The notes: generated by a model from the sequence alone, not told the origin. Numbered from the stretch's first letter, positions 39,173 to 48,856 are shown. The stretch: DNA of 64,000 nt from an uncultured Bacteroidales bacterium (GCA_963831855.1 CAWHSA010000002.1:635656-699655), one strand, 5' to 3'. A program made the numbers and translations.

Positions 39173-39293
39173 GAAAATCAACTGGTGAAAATCAATTAAT
39201 TATCAATTAGTTAATAAACTTCCTTTGAGACAAATATAAACAGATTTTTGGAATCTGATCCTGGCTTTAACATACCTGCTGCCGGTAACCTGA

Positions 39294-40712
39294 TCAGTGA
39301 ATATCGATAATTCTGTGGTCAATCAGGATGAACAACACTGTAAGCAAAGTACAATAAACTGCGTAGACTTTTACAGGAATGTATTCTGTTGGCTTTATCT
39401 TCATTGCAACCCACAGATAACCGATCAGGAAAATTCTTCCCAAAGTAAAAGCAATAAATGTTGAAAGAACGACACCTACAATATTATATCCCCATTTTAT
39501 CATGAACAGGCTTAAGGGAATATTGATTGCGAGTTCAAGCAGCGCGGCAATCATTGTGACAGTTGTCTTTTTTCTTCCGACGAGGATTGTCGTGGGAAAA
39601 ACAAGTCGGGGAATAATGAGTGCCGCATATACAAGAAAGACATCAGCACTTCTTGTAAAATCGGCATTAAAGACCCTCGGGTAGAACCATCTTGCAAAAA
39701 GCATTATAAGCATTGTCAGCGGGAAGAGCAGGTGCATTAATCTTTTTGATTTGGCCTTTATTTTTGCCAGTGACTCTCTCATTCTTGAGCGGGTCGAAAA
39801 TTCCGGCAGCATAGCATTGCTGAGGCCGGTTGCAAGCATCAGTGTAAGAGGAAACTCCTTGGCGCCATACCTGAACCAGGCAAAATAGCCCGGATCATGA
39901 TAAACTGCAGATACTATAATACCATCAATATACTGGCCCGAGCCGCTTATGAGGGTTGTAAGTATCAGGGGAGCAGCCAGGTAAATATGTTCCTTCATGA
40001 ATTCGGGAGATATTTTCATCTCGGTGTACCGTCTCAGGAGAATAATCAGCCATATCCACCGGATCCCCGTTATTGCCAGTAATCCGTAAATAGCCCATAT
40101 AATGTCTTTCCCCAAAATTACCGGGACCAGTACGAAGAAAAGTTGCGCAAGGAAAGTATAGAGTCCGTACTGGAAGATCCTGTAGGCCCTGTTATTGAGA
40201 AGATAAATGTATTCAATCAGGCAAACGGGGCTGCTTAGCAGGATATATAACAGTAAAAGGTTAAGGAACGGAACATTGCCGGTAAAATGGAAGACTGAAA
40301 AGCTGTTCTTGATTGATTGTCCGAAAATGTATATCAGAAGGCTGAACAAACAGAGCAGGATGAACGCATTGAAGATCTCAGGAGATTTTCCGGTTCCGTT
40401 ATCGCCAAGCTTTCTGTATGTTCTGTTACGGTGGTAGAGAGGCAATAAAGACTGGATTATTCCTGTGACCCAGAAGAAAGTAAGGAATCCGGCTATGAAC
40501 ATAAACATCTCAAAGGAGCCAATATCGGCGCGGGTCAGGTGACTTTTCGTAAAAACGATGCTGATAACCAGGAAGATAAAAAACTTCAATAATTGAAAGA
40601 TCTGAAGTCCTGAGATATTGTCTATAAATTTTATTCTTTTCAAAATGTCCAGGCTGATAAAGTATTCTTCTGAGAACAGCTTTTTGAATGAAAAATTGCA
40701 AAAACAGTTCAT
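39294..40712 (-). CDS. Polytopic membrane protein, oligosaccharide/polysaccharide flippase-like (MOP superfamily)
   Basis: 472 aa with about 12-14 predicted TM helices and no soluble domain. The assignment rests on architecture only. Confidence 0.45.
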   Translation of the reverse strand: MNCFCNFSFKKLFSEEYFISLDILKRIKFIDNISGLQIFQLLKFFIFLVISIVFTKSHLTRADIGSFEMFMFIAGFLTFFWVTGIIQSLLPLYHRNRTYRKLGDNGTGKSPEIFNAFILLCLFSLLIYIFGQSIKNSFSVFHFTGNVPFLNLLLLYILLSSPVCLIEYIYLLNNRAYRIFQYGLYTFLAQLFFVLVPVILGKDIIWAIYGLLAITGIRWIWLIILLRRYTEMKISPEFMKEHIYLAAPLILTTLISGSGQYIDGIIVSAVYHDPGYFAWFRYGAKEFPLTLMLATGLSNAMLPEFSTRSRMRESLAKIKAKSKRLMHLLFPLTMLIMLFARWFYPRVFNADFTRSADVFLVYAALIIPRLVFPTTILVGRKKTTVTMIAALLELAINIPLSLFMIKWGYNIVGVVLSTFIAFTLGRIFLIGYLWVAMKIKPTEYIPVKVYAVYCTLLTVLFILIDHRIIDIH

Positions 40713-40816
40713 TTAATTATGAACCGCTCAAAGATAGCAAATGGACCATACCTGAAGAAAATAAATTATAAATTTTGTGAATCATAATTTTGGGATTATT
40801 TTTGCCTTCCTGAAAC

Positions 40817-40891
40817 GGTGGATGTAGTTCAGCTGGTTAGAACGTCGGATTGTGGTTCCGAAAGTCGTGGGTTCGAATCCCATCTTCCACC
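40817..40891 (+). tRNA. tRNA-His (anticodon GTG) with encoded G-1
   Basis: Hand-folded cloverleaf: G-1, acceptor GTGGATG/CTTCCAC (one T:T mismatch), D arm GTTC-AGCTGGTTA-GAAC, anticodon arm TCGGA-TTGTGGT-TCCGA (GTG at 40852-40854), variable AAGTC, T arm GTGGG-TTCGAAT-CCCAT, discriminator C. CCA is not encoded. Confidence 0.9.
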
Positions 40892-40893
40892 CC

Positions 40894-41019
40894 CAAAACA
40901 TAAAAAGCTGCCGCGGAGCGACAGCTTTATTTTTTTATTAGCGACAAAAGCCTGCTTTTGGAAGCGTGATAAAAAAATAAAGCTGGCCCCGGCTTGCCGG
41001 GGCAGCTTTTTATGTTTTG
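40894..41019. repeat. 126-nt compound palindrome (two mirrored terminator-like hairpins) directly 3' of tRNA-His
   Basis: Perfect 19-nt inverted repeat CAAAACATAAAAAGCTGCC (40894-40912) / GGCAGCTTTTTATGTTTTG (41001-41019). Perfect 17-nt inner inverted repeat CAGCTTTATTTTTTTAT (40922-40938) / ATAAAAAAATAAAGCTG (40969-40985). Central hairpin CAAAAGC-CT-GCTTTTG. The first half (AAAGCTG..CAGCTTT + T-run) probably terminates the tRNA transcript. Confidence 0.8.
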
Positions 41020-41951
41020 AAATCCTTCTCACGGGATCGCCGGAGGAGCAAAGCGACGAAGGCAATCCCTCAAAAACAGGTCGTATAAATAATGTCTATT
41101 TCGCCCCCGGTTTCGCCGGGGGCTATTATATTGCGCCCCTTCCGGGGCTTGGAAAACCCTTCTATTCTATATACCCCGCGGGTATCCGGGGGCTATTTTA
41201 TTGCGCCCCTTACGGGGCTTGGAAAACCCTTCTATTATATACACCCCGCGGGTATCCGGGGGCTATTATTATTGCGCCCCTAACGGGGCTTGGAAAACCC
41301 TTCTATTATATACACCCCGCGGGTATCCGGGGCTATTTTATTGGGCCCCTAACGGGGCTTGGAAAACCCTTCTATTATATACGCCTCCGAGTATCCGGGG
41401 CTATTTTATTACGTCTTGGAAAATCTTTCTACCCGGTTTCACCGGGGGCATATATTGGGCTACGGGGCTTGGAAAACCCTTCTATCATATACACCCCGCG
41501 GGTATCCGGGGGCTATTTTATTACGCCCCTACAGGGCTTGGTAATTATTTATTCTGTCAACCCCCGGTTTCGCCGGGGCAGCTTTTTATGTTTTGAAATC
41601 CTTCTCACGGGATCGCCGGAGGAGCAAAGCGACGAAGGCAATCCCTCAAAAACAGGTCGTATAAATAATGTCTATTTCGCCCCCGGTTTCGCCGGGGGCT
41701 ATTATATTGCGCCCCTTCCGGGGCTTGGAAAACCCTTCTATTATATACGCCCCGCGGGTATCCGGGGCTATTATATTGGGCCCCTAACGGGGCTTGGAAA
41801 ACCCTTCTATTATATACGCCTCGGTATCCGGGGGCTATTTTATTACGCCCCTACAGGGCTTGGTAATTATTTATTCTGTCTACCCCCGGTTTCGCCGGGG
41901 CAGCTTTTTATGTTTTGAAATCCTTCTCACGGGATCGCCGGAGGAGCAAAG
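40986..41951. repeat. Nested non-coding repeat region: about 135-bp leader unit in three copies, flanking two arrays of about 70-bp GC-hairpin tandem repeats
   Basis: The leader (..CCGGGGCAGCTTTTTATGTTTTGAAATCCTTCTCACGGGATCGCCGGAGGAGCAAAGCGACGAAGG...CCCCCGGTTTCGCCGGGGG) occurs at about 40986-41120 and 41561-41696, identical by eye over about 120 nt. A truncated copy lies at 41883-41951. Tandem units occupy 41121-41560 (about 6 units, period 69-71 bp) and 41697-41882 (about 2.7 units). Confidence 0.9.
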
Positions 41952-42120
41952 CAAATACCTTGTTTGGTCATTGAAATGGCCTGTAGATGTCAATATGGGC
42001 AATATCAAAATAACGGGATCCACGATTTTTTAAATAATTTATTTTCGCTTTCGCTTAACATTTTAAAAAAAATCATTAACTTAATGGCGTTAACTAATGA
42101 CCTAATTAATACTAAATCTG

Positions 42121-45100
42121 ATGAAGAAACTATCTCTATTGATTATTTTGTTTGTGTTTACAGGGACATTCCTCTGGGCGCAGACGAAGATCATTACTGG
42201 CACAGTATCCTCTTCTGTCGAAGGGGAAGGTACTCTTCCAGGGGTGACTATCACTGTTCCGGGCACTACCCTTGGCACCGTTACAGATGCTAACGGAAAA
42301 TATACATTGACGGTGCCGGCCGCCACAACTAAGCTGAGCTTTTCTTTTGTAGGGATGAAACCAATGGAAGTTGACATCACAGGCCGTACCGTAATTGATG
42401 TACAAATGGAATCAACTCTCGTCGGTCTGAGCGAGGTAGTCGTAACAGCAGTCGGCATTTCGCGTGAAAGAAGGGAGCTTGGGTACAACGTCCAAAGTGT
42501 AAGTACCGATGTTATCAGCAGTGCACCAAATGCCGATATTGTAAATTCCCTGGCTGGACGCGCTTCCGGAATTTCAGTTATAAGTTCTGCCGGTGATGCA
42601 GGTGCTTCAACCTTCTTTACAATCCGTGGTGCACATTCTATTACAGGTAATAATGAGCCCCTTTTCGTAGTGAATGGCATGCCGATCATTTCGGGGAGTG
42701 ATATAGCTGCTCCCGGACAAGCTGTTGACGGTGTTATCACCTCAAGCCGTTCCATCGACCTGAATCCTGAGGACATCGAATCAATCTCTGTTCTTAAAGG
42801 TGGTGCAGCTACAGCGCTTTATGGGGTCCGGGCTGCAAACGGTGCTCTGATTATAACCACCAAAAGCGGTAAGAACCTCAGCAACAGAAAAATCGAATTC
42901 CACACTTCAGCTGGTTTTGACCAGGTCTCACAATTACCCAAGCTTCAGAGCATCTTTGCTCAGGGTACCAACGGAGTATGGACAGGCGGTGATGCCAATT
43001 CCTACGGACCTAAAATTGCTGACCTGGAATATGATGGAGATCAAACCTACAAATGGGATCCATTTGGCAAGCTTGTGCCGAAAGGGACGGGAAACGGGGT
43101 GCCTGCCAGGGCTTATAATCCTTATGATTTTTTCCAGAAAGGTCTCATCCTGAATAACCGGTTGAGCATGAGCAACGGGAATGATCAGGGAAGCTATTAC
43201 TTCTCCTTTTCAAACCTTGAGCAGAACGGGATAGTGCCGAATAATAAGTTTGGAAGGACAACTTTCCGTCTGAATGCAACCTCTAAATTATCCAAGGCAA
43301 TTACAGTTGGCGGTGATTTTGCCTACACTAATTCCAAGGCCCGTCAGATACAAAAGGGCTCAAACGTATCCGGAATCATGTTAGGACTTGTAAGAACCGC
43401 CAGGACTTTTGACAATAGCGCCGGATATATATTTCCTGATGGAACACAGCGCAACTACCGCAATGGTGGCGGCTATGATAATCCCTACTGGGTGGCAAAT
43501 ATGATATCATATGATGAAAATGTCAATCGTTTCACCGGAAGTGCAAATGTGAATATTGTATTTTCCAAATCGCTTAACCTGGCATATACCGGAGGAGTTG
43601 ACTGGTTCAACAGAAGATATACCGATAAGTTCGCTATAAATTCAAGGGCATATCCTGCAGGTTTTATGGATGAATATATGAATTATAATGGAATCATTAA
43701 TTCCGACCTTTTACTGAACTTCCAGCATGATTTAACCAGTGACATTAACCTAAAGGTCACTCTTGGTAATAACCTGTATTCAACATTTGGCAAGTATGTT
43801 TTTGGCGATGCAACCGGACTTGAGATTCCGGATTTCTATCAGTTGTCAAATTCAGCAACCAATACAGTCAGTACCAGTACAACCAGCTACCGTACTGCGG
43901 CGTTTTTCGGTGATATAAGTCTGGCATATAAAAACATTTTATATTTAGGACTTACCGGTCGGAACGACTGGTCAACCACAATGCCGAAAGCTAACCTATC
44001 TGCCTTTTATCCCTCGGTAAGCTTAGGCTTTATATTTACTGAACTGGGAATGTTAAAGGATAACAATATATTATCCTATGGAAAACTGCGAGCATCCGCT
44101 GCCAGGACAGCAAACATTGCCGGTCCTTATAATACATCAAACTATTACTATCAGGCAATTTCAAGTGATGGCTGGACAAACGGCGTTGTATTTCCCTATA
44201 TGGGTCAAACCGGATTTTCTCTCGGAACCGGATTGGGTAACCCGGATCTGAAGCACGAAACTATGGATTCATGGGAGGTTGGAACGGAATTAAAATTCCT
44301 TAAGAACAGGATAAGTCTGGACGCCAGTTATTTTCATAATTTAAATTCAGGATTGTTAATGCCTGTTCCAATTGCCGCTTCATCCGGATTTACATCCATC
44401 TACCTGAATGCTGCAAAAATGGAAGCAAAAGGCGTCGAATTAAGTCTGAATGCAACAATTATTAAAACACCTGGTTTCAGCTGGGATATAATAACCAATT
44501 TTACCCAGTTCACCAATATTGTAAAGGAGCTTGCACCTGGTGTTGATAACCTGTTCTTAGGCGGGTTTACAGTTCCTCAGGTTCGTGCAGTTGCAGGTCA
44601 GGAATACGGAAGTATTTTTGGACTGGACTGGTGGAGGGATGCAGATGGAAATATATTAATCAATGATGATCCTACCGATAATTTCCGTGACGGATATCCC
44701 TGGACTCATACCGGTCCCATGGTTCCTATTGGGAACACCAGTCCTGACTGGACTGCAAACGTTACCAACACATTTACTTATAAGGGTATTTCGTTATCAT
44801 TCATGTGGGACATTAAAAAGGGTGGCATGATGTACAATGGAACCATGCATGCCATGAATTATTTCGGAACACCTGAACGTACCGGATTCCGTGAAGTATA
44901 CTATACTCCTGAAGGAACCATAGATTTTGATAAAACACCTGCCGGAAATATAGTTGTATTCGATGGCGTTTACGGACACCTTGATGCTGATGGCAATCCG
45001 GTAAGCTCCGGAAAGGTAAATGTAACACCCGTTGTTCAGGACCAGGCATGGTTTCGCGGGAACGGAAGTAACTTCGGAGGAGGACCTGATGTGGCCGCTA

Positions 45101-45342
45101 TGGAAGATGCCAGCTGGTTAAGATTAAGAGATGTTTCCCTGAGTTATATTATTCCTGTGAAAAATACTTTCATAAGGGATTTGGAGGTATACTTTACCGG
45201 AAGGAATTTATTATTATTCACTCCTTACCAGGGTATTGATCCTGAAACTAACCTTGAGGGAGCTATTAACGGCCAAGGCATGGATTACTTTAACAATCCG
45301 GGATCCAAAACCTATACAGTTGGCTTGAAAGCGACCTTTTAA
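42121..45342 (+). CDS. SusC/RagA-family TonB-dependent outer-membrane transporter
   Basis: Signal peptide ..FLWA|QT, CarboxypepD_reg-like N-domain (ITGTVSS..G..LPGVTITV.GT..GTVTDANGKYTL), plug domain (..SVLKGGAATALYGVRAANGALIITTK) and a long barrel ending ..YTVGLKATF. No STN domain. Confidence 0.95.
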   Translation: MKKLSLLIILFVFTGTFLWAQTKIITGTVSSSVEGEGTLPGVTITVPGTTLGTVTDANGKYTLTVPAATTKLSFSFVGMKPMEVDITGRTVIDVQMESTLVGLSEVVVTAVGISRERRELGYNVQSVSTDVISSAPNADIVNSLAGRASGISVISSAGDAGASTFFTIRGAHSITGNNEPLFVVNGMPIISGSDIAAPGQAVDGVITSSRSIDLNPEDIESISVLKGGAATALYGVRAANGALIITTKSGKNLSNRKIEFHTSAGFDQVSQLPKLQSIFAQGTNGVWTGGDANSYGPKIADLEYDGDQTYKWDPFGKLVPKGTGNGVPARAYNPYDFFQKGLILNNRLSMSNGNDQGSYYFSFSNLEQNGIVPNNKFGRTTFRLNATSKLSKAITVGGDFAYTNSKARQIQKGSNVSGIMLGLVRTARTFDNSAGYIFPDGTQRNYRNGGGYDNPYWVANMISYDENVNRFTGSANVNIVFSKSLNLAYTGGVDWFNRRYTDKFAINSRAYPAGFMDEYMNYNGIINSDLLLNFQHDLTSDINLKVTLGNNLYSTFGKYVFGDATGLEIPDFYQLSNSATNTVSTSTTSYRTAAFFGDISLAYKNILYLGLTGRNDWSTTMPKANLSAFYPSVSLGFIFTELGMLKDNNILSYGKLRASAARTANIAGPYNTSNYYYQAISSDGWTNGVVFPYMGQTGFSLGTGLGNPDLKHETMDSWEVGTELKFLKNRISLDASYFHNLNSGLLMPVPIAASSGFTSIYLNAAKMEAKGVELSLNATIIKTPGFSWDIITNFTQFTNIVKELAPGVDNLFLGGFTVPQVRAVAGQEYGSIFGLDWWRDADGNILINDDPTDNFRDGYPWTHTGPMVPIGNTSPDWTANVTNTFTYKGISLSFMWDIKKGGMMYNGTMHAMNYFGTPERTGFREVYYTPEGTIDFDKTPAGNIVVFDGVYGHLDADGNPVSSGKVNVTPVVQDQAWFRGNGSNFGGGPDVAAMEDASWLRLRDVSLSYIIPVKNTFIRDLEVYFTGRNLLLFTPYQGIDPETNLEGAINGQGMDYFNNPGSKTYTVGLKATF

Positions 45343-45366
45343 TTAACCTCTAATTAGTAAAGAATC

Positions 45367-46755
45367 ATGAAAAAGTACATTAATAATATTATAAAAACAG
45401 CCGGAGTATCATTGGTTTTTATCATTTTTCTTTCCTCATGTGAAAAATGGATTGATACCAATATTAACATAAATCCCGATGCTCCTGCTGACGTGCCATT
45501 GAAACTGATGCTGCCGCCAATTGAGCAGGCACTCGGTTATAATATGTCCGGAAATGATCTTGTACGTACTACAAATATCTGGATGCAGCAATTTGATGGA
45601 ATTGAACGTCAGTCCTATACTGAGGCGCGTTATCAGCTTTTACCCGGGGATGTAAATAACATCTGGAACTCTTTCTATACCTCAATATTTATGAACGGAA
45701 AGGCGATGGTTGAAAAAGCTGAAAATACACCGGGAAAAGTATCACCATATAATGCTGGTGTAGCAAGGGTATTAATTGCCACCACGTTAGGAATAACTAC
45801 GGATCTCTTCGGCGATATGCCTTTCAGTGATGCATTTAAAGGTAATGAAAATATCCTGACACCTAAATTTGACACCCAGCAGGAGATTTACGACACGTTG
45901 AAAACAATCCTCGATAAGGCAATAAGTGACCTGGGCAGTACAACAAATGCCATAGCCGTCGGAGGTGATGTAATTTATGGTGGTGATAAAACAAAATGGT
46001 TAAAAGCTGCTTATTCGATTAAAGCACGGCATGCTCTCCAGCTGTCCGGTGTAAATGGTTCTGCTGCCTATACGGAAGCCCTTACTGCTGCGGCTAATGG
46101 ATTTGCTTCAAATGCAGATGATTATATGGTTCCATGGAATAGCGACAACCATAATCCCATCTTCCAGTTCATGGAGCAACGGACAGATATTCGTATGGGT
46201 GCGACTCTGGTCAATATACTGAAGGTAAATTCGGATCCCCGTCTTCCCTTTTATGTAGCACAAGATGATAATGGTGAATATACAGGAAGTATCAGCGGTT
46301 CGGAAAACAACCTGGCCTCAAAACCCGGAGATTACGTTGCCGCAGCTACTGCTCCTTCACAAATTATGTCTTATGCAGAGCTTAAGTTTATTCAGGCAGA
46401 GGCCAATCTGGCTCTTGGACAAACAGCTGCTGCCCAGGCTGCATATGAAGCCGGCGTGGCAGCGTCAGTTCTTAAAGTTACAGGTGATGCCAATACAGCC
46501 TGGCTCGCTGCCAATATAAACGGAGTCACTGTAACCAAAGATCTGATCATGACCCAAAAGTATATTGCCACCTTCGGGACGAACCAGGCATACGCAGATT
46601 ACAGGAGGACAGGTTTACCTGTAATTCCGTTACCTATCGGGGCTGTAATACCTGCAATGCCGACAAGGTATCCATATCCTCAGGATGAGATTACTTACAA
46701 CGGTAAAAATGTCCCAAATGTAACTATAAGTGATAAATTGTGGTGGGATAAATAG
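45367..46755 (+). CDS. SusD/RagB-family nutrient-binding outer-membrane lipoprotein
   Basis: Lipobox (FLSSC), 24 bp downstream of SusC, TPR-like helical content, and C-terminal ..QKYIATFGTNQAYADYRRTGLP typical of SusD-like proteins. Confidence 0.88.
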   Translation: MKKYINNIIKTAGVSLVFIIFLSSCEKWIDTNININPDAPADVPLKLMLPPIEQALGYNMSGNDLVRTTNIWMQQFDGIERQSYTEARYQLLPGDVNNIWNSFYTSIFMNGKAMVEKAENTPGKVSPYNAGVARVLIATTLGITTDLFGDMPFSDAFKGNENILTPKFDTQQEIYDTLKTILDKAISDLGSTTNAIAVGGDVIYGGDKTKWLKAAYSIKARHALQLSGVNGSAAYTEALTAAANGFASNADDYMVPWNSDNHNPIFQFMEQRTDIRMGATLVNILKVNSDPRLPFYVAQDDNGEYTGSISGSENNLASKPGDYVAAATAPSQIMSYAELKFIQAEANLALGQTAAAQAAYEAGVAASVLKVTGDANTAWLAANINGVTVTKDLIMTQKYIATFGTNQAYADYRRTGLPVIPLPIGAVIPAMPTRYPYPQDEITYNGKNVPNVTISDKLWWDK

Positions 46756-46790
46756 ACCATTCCTGCAAAAACTATTAAAGCAAGTAAATC

Positions 46791-47753
46791 ATGAAAAAAA
46801 TATTTAAGATTTTATTCGTTTTTATCACAGCCGGAGCATTGTTTCATTCGTGCTCCAAAGTTGAATCAAATTTTGATAAGCTGACCAAGGCACCTGATCC
46901 GAATGCGACATATTACCTGCAGTTTATTAATGCTGCACAATCCTTCGAAACGGGGGTAACAGAAATAGGTGGGCTGGTCGAAATATCAACAAATGTTGCT
47001 GTGGTATTGATGGGAATGCCCCAAAGCCAGGCTATCACTGTAAATCTGGCTGTTGATCCTGCTTCAACGGTTACATCAAGTATGTATACCCTCTCCTCTA
47101 CCAGTATTACGATTCCTGCCGGTAAGACATCAGGTTCCGTTTCACTTGTATCCAAGGCTACAAATATGCCTGTAGGTGTAACCAATAAGCTGGTGCTTAC
47201 AATGGATGCCGGAGATCATAATTCTCCCAATCCGGTTGGTACTAAATTACAGTATAATCTGAAACGCATCGAATTTTGCCCGCTTGCCAGTGGCGTAGCA
47301 AGCCTGGTTGGATCGTGGTCCGGCGATGATGCCGGATATACAGCTTCCGTAACAACTGTTGTCGACGGTACTAAACTAAAAGTATCAGGTATAGGTGAAC
47401 CGTTTATTGCAGATTTCTGGGGTGAAACTGTAATCTCCGGAGGAAGCTTTCTGATGACAGTTCAGGGTAATGGATTAGTGGATATTCCCAGACAATATAT
47501 TTTCACAACAACCTATGCGGGATCTCCCTATGACTATGAAATCAAAGGTTCAGGAAAGTGGGAAAACTGTGGCGCTAAACCAAGGCTATTATTTACCTAT
47601 GATATTTATTACCCTGGTGACACAGACGGACTGGCAAAACAGTATGCAAGCTATCTTGGAGGCATACCCTACCTGACTGCTGACATTACATTAGGCGCTA
47701 AGGGTTCGGGAGTTGTTTTTTATCCGAAATATTTAAAACCACCGAGGAATTAA
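46791..47753 (+). CDS. PUL-associated surface lipoprotein of unknown function
   Basis: Lipobox (LFHSC) and a beta-rich sequence (ITIPAGKTSGSVSL..). Third gene of the SusC/SusD locus. Confidence 0.6.
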   Translation: MKKIFKILFVFITAGALFHSCSKVESNFDKLTKAPDPNATYYLQFINAAQSFETGVTEIGGLVEISTNVAVVLMGMPQSQAITVNLAVDPASTVTSSMYTLSSTSITIPAGKTSGSVSLVSKATNMPVGVTNKLVLTMDAGDHNSPNPVGTKLQYNLKRIEFCPLASGVASLVGSWSGDDAGYTASVTTVVDGTKLKVSGIGEPFIADFWGETVISGGSFLMTVQGNGLVDIPRQYIFTTTYAGSPYDYEIKGSGKWENCGAKPRLLFTYDIYYPGDTDGLAKQYASYLGGIPYLTADITLGAKGSGVVFYPKYLKPPRN

Positions 47754-47775
47754 AAGTACTGGCATAAAGCTTTTT

Positions 47776-47812
47776 AAAAAAGGGTGTTTCTGATCAGTGA
47801 AACACCCTTTTC
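47776..47812. terminator. Bidirectional terminator between the PUL and ccsA
   Basis: AAAAAAGGGTGTTTC-TGATCAG-TGAAACACCCTTTT is a GC-containing stem flanked by an A-run and a T-run, between convergent genes. Confidence 0.75.
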
Positions 47813-47815
47813 ATT

Positions 47816-48856
47816 TCATACTTTCTTTTCCCATTTCCGGTAGTTAAGATACCCGGTGACTGATAACGCAACGAGTACAATTACCGCAATATAAACAAAT
47901 GATGGCACAGGAACCGGATCACCTGCAGCATATGAATGAAGCCCTGACAGGTAATAATTAACTCCGAAATATGTCATCAATACCGATGAGAACGCAAACA
48001 GTGACAGAAGGTTAAAGGTGAAAACATTCTTCATTCCGGGGATCATCCGGGAGTGAGTGACAAAAGCATAGACAATAATTGTAATAAGTGACCAGGTCTC
48101 CTTCGGATCCCATCCCCAGTACCTGCCCCAGGATTCGTTGGCCCAGACAGCTCCCAGGAATGTTCCTATTGTCAGAAAATAGAGTCCGAGTGTCAGTGTT
48201 TTAAAATTTATCACAGTAAGTTCATCAATAGTATTTGATATCCTTTCCTTATTCCGGTTATTTGAAAGTGAAAGAAGGATCATGGTAATAATTCCAAGGA
48301 TTGCACCCAGGCCCAGAAAACCGTAACTGCCTGTTATAACGGAAACATGGAGAGTCAGCCAGTAGGATTTCAGCACCGGAACAAGGTTTGTAATTTCAGG
48401 ATCCATAAAGCTCAGATGAGCGACCATCAGAGTCATCCCTGCAAGTACAGCTGTTGCTGACAGGGCAAATGCAGATTTACGGCTGAAAATCAGGCCTGCA
48501 AGAAGAGTCACCCATGAAATAAAGATCAGTGATTCATATCCATTGCTAAGCGGCGTGTGCCCTGCAATATACCATCGCATGGCAAGTCCGGCTGTATGAA
48601 AAATAAATCCTGCAATAAGAACCCAGCCAAGGATCCTGACAAAAAAGGAGGTTTCCTTTTTACCTTTAATCACCATTACAATCAGCCCTATTATCATTAT
48701 CAGACCTATTGTGGCATAAAAAGGAAACAGTTTTTCAAAGATCGCCAGCCTGTAATAGAGTATTTCAATCTTCGTCTTTGATTCCGGAGGAAGAGTATAT
48801 TTCGAAAATCGCTGCTGATAAGCGGTTACAGATTCTGATATCTGCCTGGCAGTCAT
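47816..48856 (-). CDS. ccsA: Cytochrome c biogenesis protein CcsA (system II haem lyase subunit)
   Basis: WWD-type haem-handling motif WANESWGRYWGWDPKETWSL and multiple TM helices. The ATG overlaps the ccsB stop (ATGA). Confidence 0.9.
   Translation of the reverse strand: MTARQISESVTAYQQRFSKYTLPPESKTKIEILYYRLAIFEKLFPFYATIGLIMIIGLIVMVIKGKKETSFFVRILGWVLIAGFIFHTAGLAMRWYIAGHTPLSNGYESLIFISWVTLLAGLIFSRKSAFALSATAVLAGMTLMVAHLSFMDPEITNLVPVLKSYWLTLHVSVITGSYGFLGLGAILGIITMILLSLSNNRNKERISNTIDELTVINFKTLTLGLYFLTIGTFLGAVWANESWGRYWGWDPKETWSLITIIVYAFVTHSRMIPGMKNVFTFNLLSLFAFSSVLMTYFGVNYYLSGLHSYAAGDPVPVPSFVYIAVIVLVALSVTGYLNYRKWEKKV

Noticed and set aside
41121-41882. Interpreting the regularly spaced GC-hairpin repeats as a CRISPR array.
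   Set aside because: The whole 70-bp period is conserved between units, so there are no unique spacers. No cas genes or leader-like asymmetry are present. This is a tandem minisatellite, not a repeat-spacer structure.
40818-41918. 366-aa ORF, plus overlapping ORFs at 41092-41283, 41201-41596, 41359-41544, 41794-42033 and 40829-41065 (minus strand), across the tRNA and repeat region.
   Set aside because: The ORF starts at a GTG inside tRNA-His and runs through tandem DNA repeats that are open in several frames. Its repetitive peptide (GLGKPFYYI..) mirrors the DNA periodicity. There is no start context or coding-like composition, so it is an artefact of the repeats.
42102-42776. 224-aa antisense ORF inside SusC. 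Similar long antisense ORFs occur at 132-623, 1236-1688, 27767-28306, 38441-38935, 19723-20178 and 55991-56668.
   Set aside because: Each lies fully within a strongly supported gene on the opposite strand and has a low-complexity or Ser/Pro/Arg-rich composition typical of shadow ORFs.
47781-47810. Palindrome GGGTGTTTC..GAAACACCC, which resembles parS half-sites (TGTTTCAC/GTGAAACA).
   Set aside because: The centre (TGATCAG) breaks the parS core. The site is 33 kb from parAB, between convergent genes, and flanked by A/T runs, which is the layout of a bidirectional terminator.
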